64,000 bases of DNA, taken from Mobula hypostoma. Taxonomy: Eukaryota. The stretch spans positions 14,448,001 to 14,512,000 of the forward strand of contig NC_086118.1 in NCBI RefSeq assembly GCF_963921235.1, read 5' to 3'. Position 1 is the first letter of the stretch, and each line of letters begins with the position of its first letter. Made by a program: the position numbers and the translations under genes. Below are positions 62,207-64,000 of this stretch, piece by piece. The notes under the pieces are model-generated. The model saw only the letters and a list, made by a program, of their open reading frames with translations, had not been told where the DNA came from and did no database searches.

Positions 62207-64000
62207 ATGGAGTCTATTATTAATTTTGTCTCCTGGAATACTAATGGTCTTAATCATCCTATTAAAAGGAAAAAAGTTTTTAAAGTATTCCGGAGACTTA
62301 AAGCACATGTTCTATTTTTACAAGAGACCCATGTGCGGAGGGAGCACAGACTACGTTTTTTAAAATTCTGGAAGGAACAACAGTTCCATTCGAACTCTAA
62401 TGCTAAGATTCGAGGCGTCTCTATTTTTATAGACTCCTCAGTTACTTTTGTACAACATGATATTATCTCTGACCCGAATGGTAGATTTCTACTGGTTAGT
62501 GGTCTACTATTTAATAAAAAGGTAGTTTTGGTCAATGTTTATGCACCCAATATGGACTGTCCGGAATTTTATAAATCATTATTTAATCGGTTCCCAAATT
62601 TGAATGAGTTTTCATTGATCTGGGGTGGAGATCTTAATACTTGCTTATCCCCAGTTTTGGACCGTTCGGCTCCTTTACGGACTTTACCCAATAAATCTGC
62701 AACTTTGATTAACTCATTCCTCTCTGATTCTGAGTCGACGGACATCTGGCGTTTTTTGCATCCTCAGGAAAAAGATTTTTCTTTTTTTTCACATATTCAC
62801 CATTCCTATTCAAGAATTGATTATTTCTTTATTGATTCTCGGCTTATCTCTTCAGTGATTAAATATGATTATGACTCTATAACCATTTCGGATCATGCTC
62901 CACTTAAGCTTTCTATTAAAATTCAGGTCAATGCACAAAATAATAGACAATGGCGTTTTAATTCGTTGCTGCTTCAGGACTCAGATTTTGTTAACTTTAT
63001 GAATGAACAGATTGATCTTTTTTTTACAATCAACTACACAGAGGATATTTCTGTGAACATTCTTTGGGATACTTTTAAAGCTTATATTCGTGGTCAGATT
63101 ATCTCGTATTCTGCTGCTTTGAGGAAGAAGCTGAAGCAGGAGGAGCTGGTCATTGTGGACAAGATTAAGGAAATTGATAAGAAATATGTTACAGCTCCCT
63201 CTGAGAAGTTATATAAACAAAGAACTGAACTTCAAATGGAACATAGTTTATTACTTTCGTCTTCGATTGTAAACCAATTAAAGAAAACAAGAAGTAAATA
63301 TTATGTACACAGTGACAAAGTTGGCAAATTGTTGGCTAACCAATTGAAGTCTAATCTCAAATTAATCAGATTTATAATCAAAATGATCGATTGATATTTG
63401 ATCATGCAGAGATTAATCAAACCTTCTTTGATTTTTATTCTTCCTTATATCAATCTGAGTCTTTACGAGACTCTAAATATATGAATGACTTTTTAGATAA
63501 CCTAGATTTCCCTGAGATTTCACAGGATATGTCTTCTATGCTAAATACTCCCATTACCACTGATGAGATTAAGAATGTTATTTCCTCTATGAACCTGGGG
63601 AAAGCTCCTGGCCCTGATGGGTTTACCATGGAATTTTATAGGTTTTTTGCACCTTCATTAATCCCTTGGTTCGGTAGGGTTTTGGAGGCTTCATTAAGAC
63701 TTGGTAAACTTCCCGAATCCTTCTATAGAGCGTCAATCTCACTAATATTAAAGAAGGATAAAGATCCTGCTCAATGTGCATCTTATAGACCAATATCTTT
63801 ATTAAATGTTGATTCTAAATTTTTTTCTAAATTATTAGCAAACAGATTAGAAAAAGTTCTCCCTTCTATTATTTCGGAAGACCAAACAGGTTTTATTAAA
63901 GGTTGTTACTCTTTCTATAACTTTCGCACACTGTTAAAGATTGTTTATACCCCCTCACAAAATGTTCCTGAGTGTGTTATCTCTTTAGATGCTGAAAAAG
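62207..64000 (+). mobile_element. L1-clade LINE ORF2 (APE endonuclease plus RT), one frameshift, runs off the window; T-rich upstream spacer from ~61800
   Basis: ATG at 62207: SWNTNGLNHPIKRKK, LQETH, VNVYAPN, GGDLN, SRIDYFF, SDHAPL. After a frameshift near 63355 a second frame is open to 64000: GKAPGPDGF, SYRPISLLNVDSK, DQTGFIKG, SLDAEK. Confidence 0.93.

Overview
Repeat-dense vertebrate DNA, most likely from a cartilaginous fish (inferred from HE1/V-SINE-type SINEs together with esterase-ORF1 CR1, Rex1-like LINEs and Penelope-like elements). It is not prokaryotic: there are no operons, CRISPR arrays or rRNA. Most of the window is nested transposable elements: four large CR1 LINEs, many Rex1/Babar-like LINE fragments, five inverted Penelope-like (GIY-YIG) pairs, a decayed Mag-type Gypsy provirus, several solo-LTR-like elements, Tc1, Tigger/pogo and hAT DNA transposons, a HERO-like fragment, RTE-related SINE-like elements, and a nearly intact L1-clade ORF2 at the right edge. 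Only one convincing host exon was found: 32496-32645 (+, 150 nt, phase 0/0), resembling the head-rod junction of a class II myosin heavy chain, so the window is probably intronic. The main structure beyond simple annotation has three parts. (1) The five Penelope insertions share one architecture: two inverted arms, a minimal hammerhead-ribozyme motif in each arm, an extra ~35-45 nt tail on one side only, and an 11-16 bp direct repeat flank. (2) A ~1.36 kb nearly pure-purine G-rich array has expanded inside a solo LTR. (3) There are several local fold-back duplications. I see no firm evidence of a wholly new biological system. All family names are by-eye motif recognition, not database hits.
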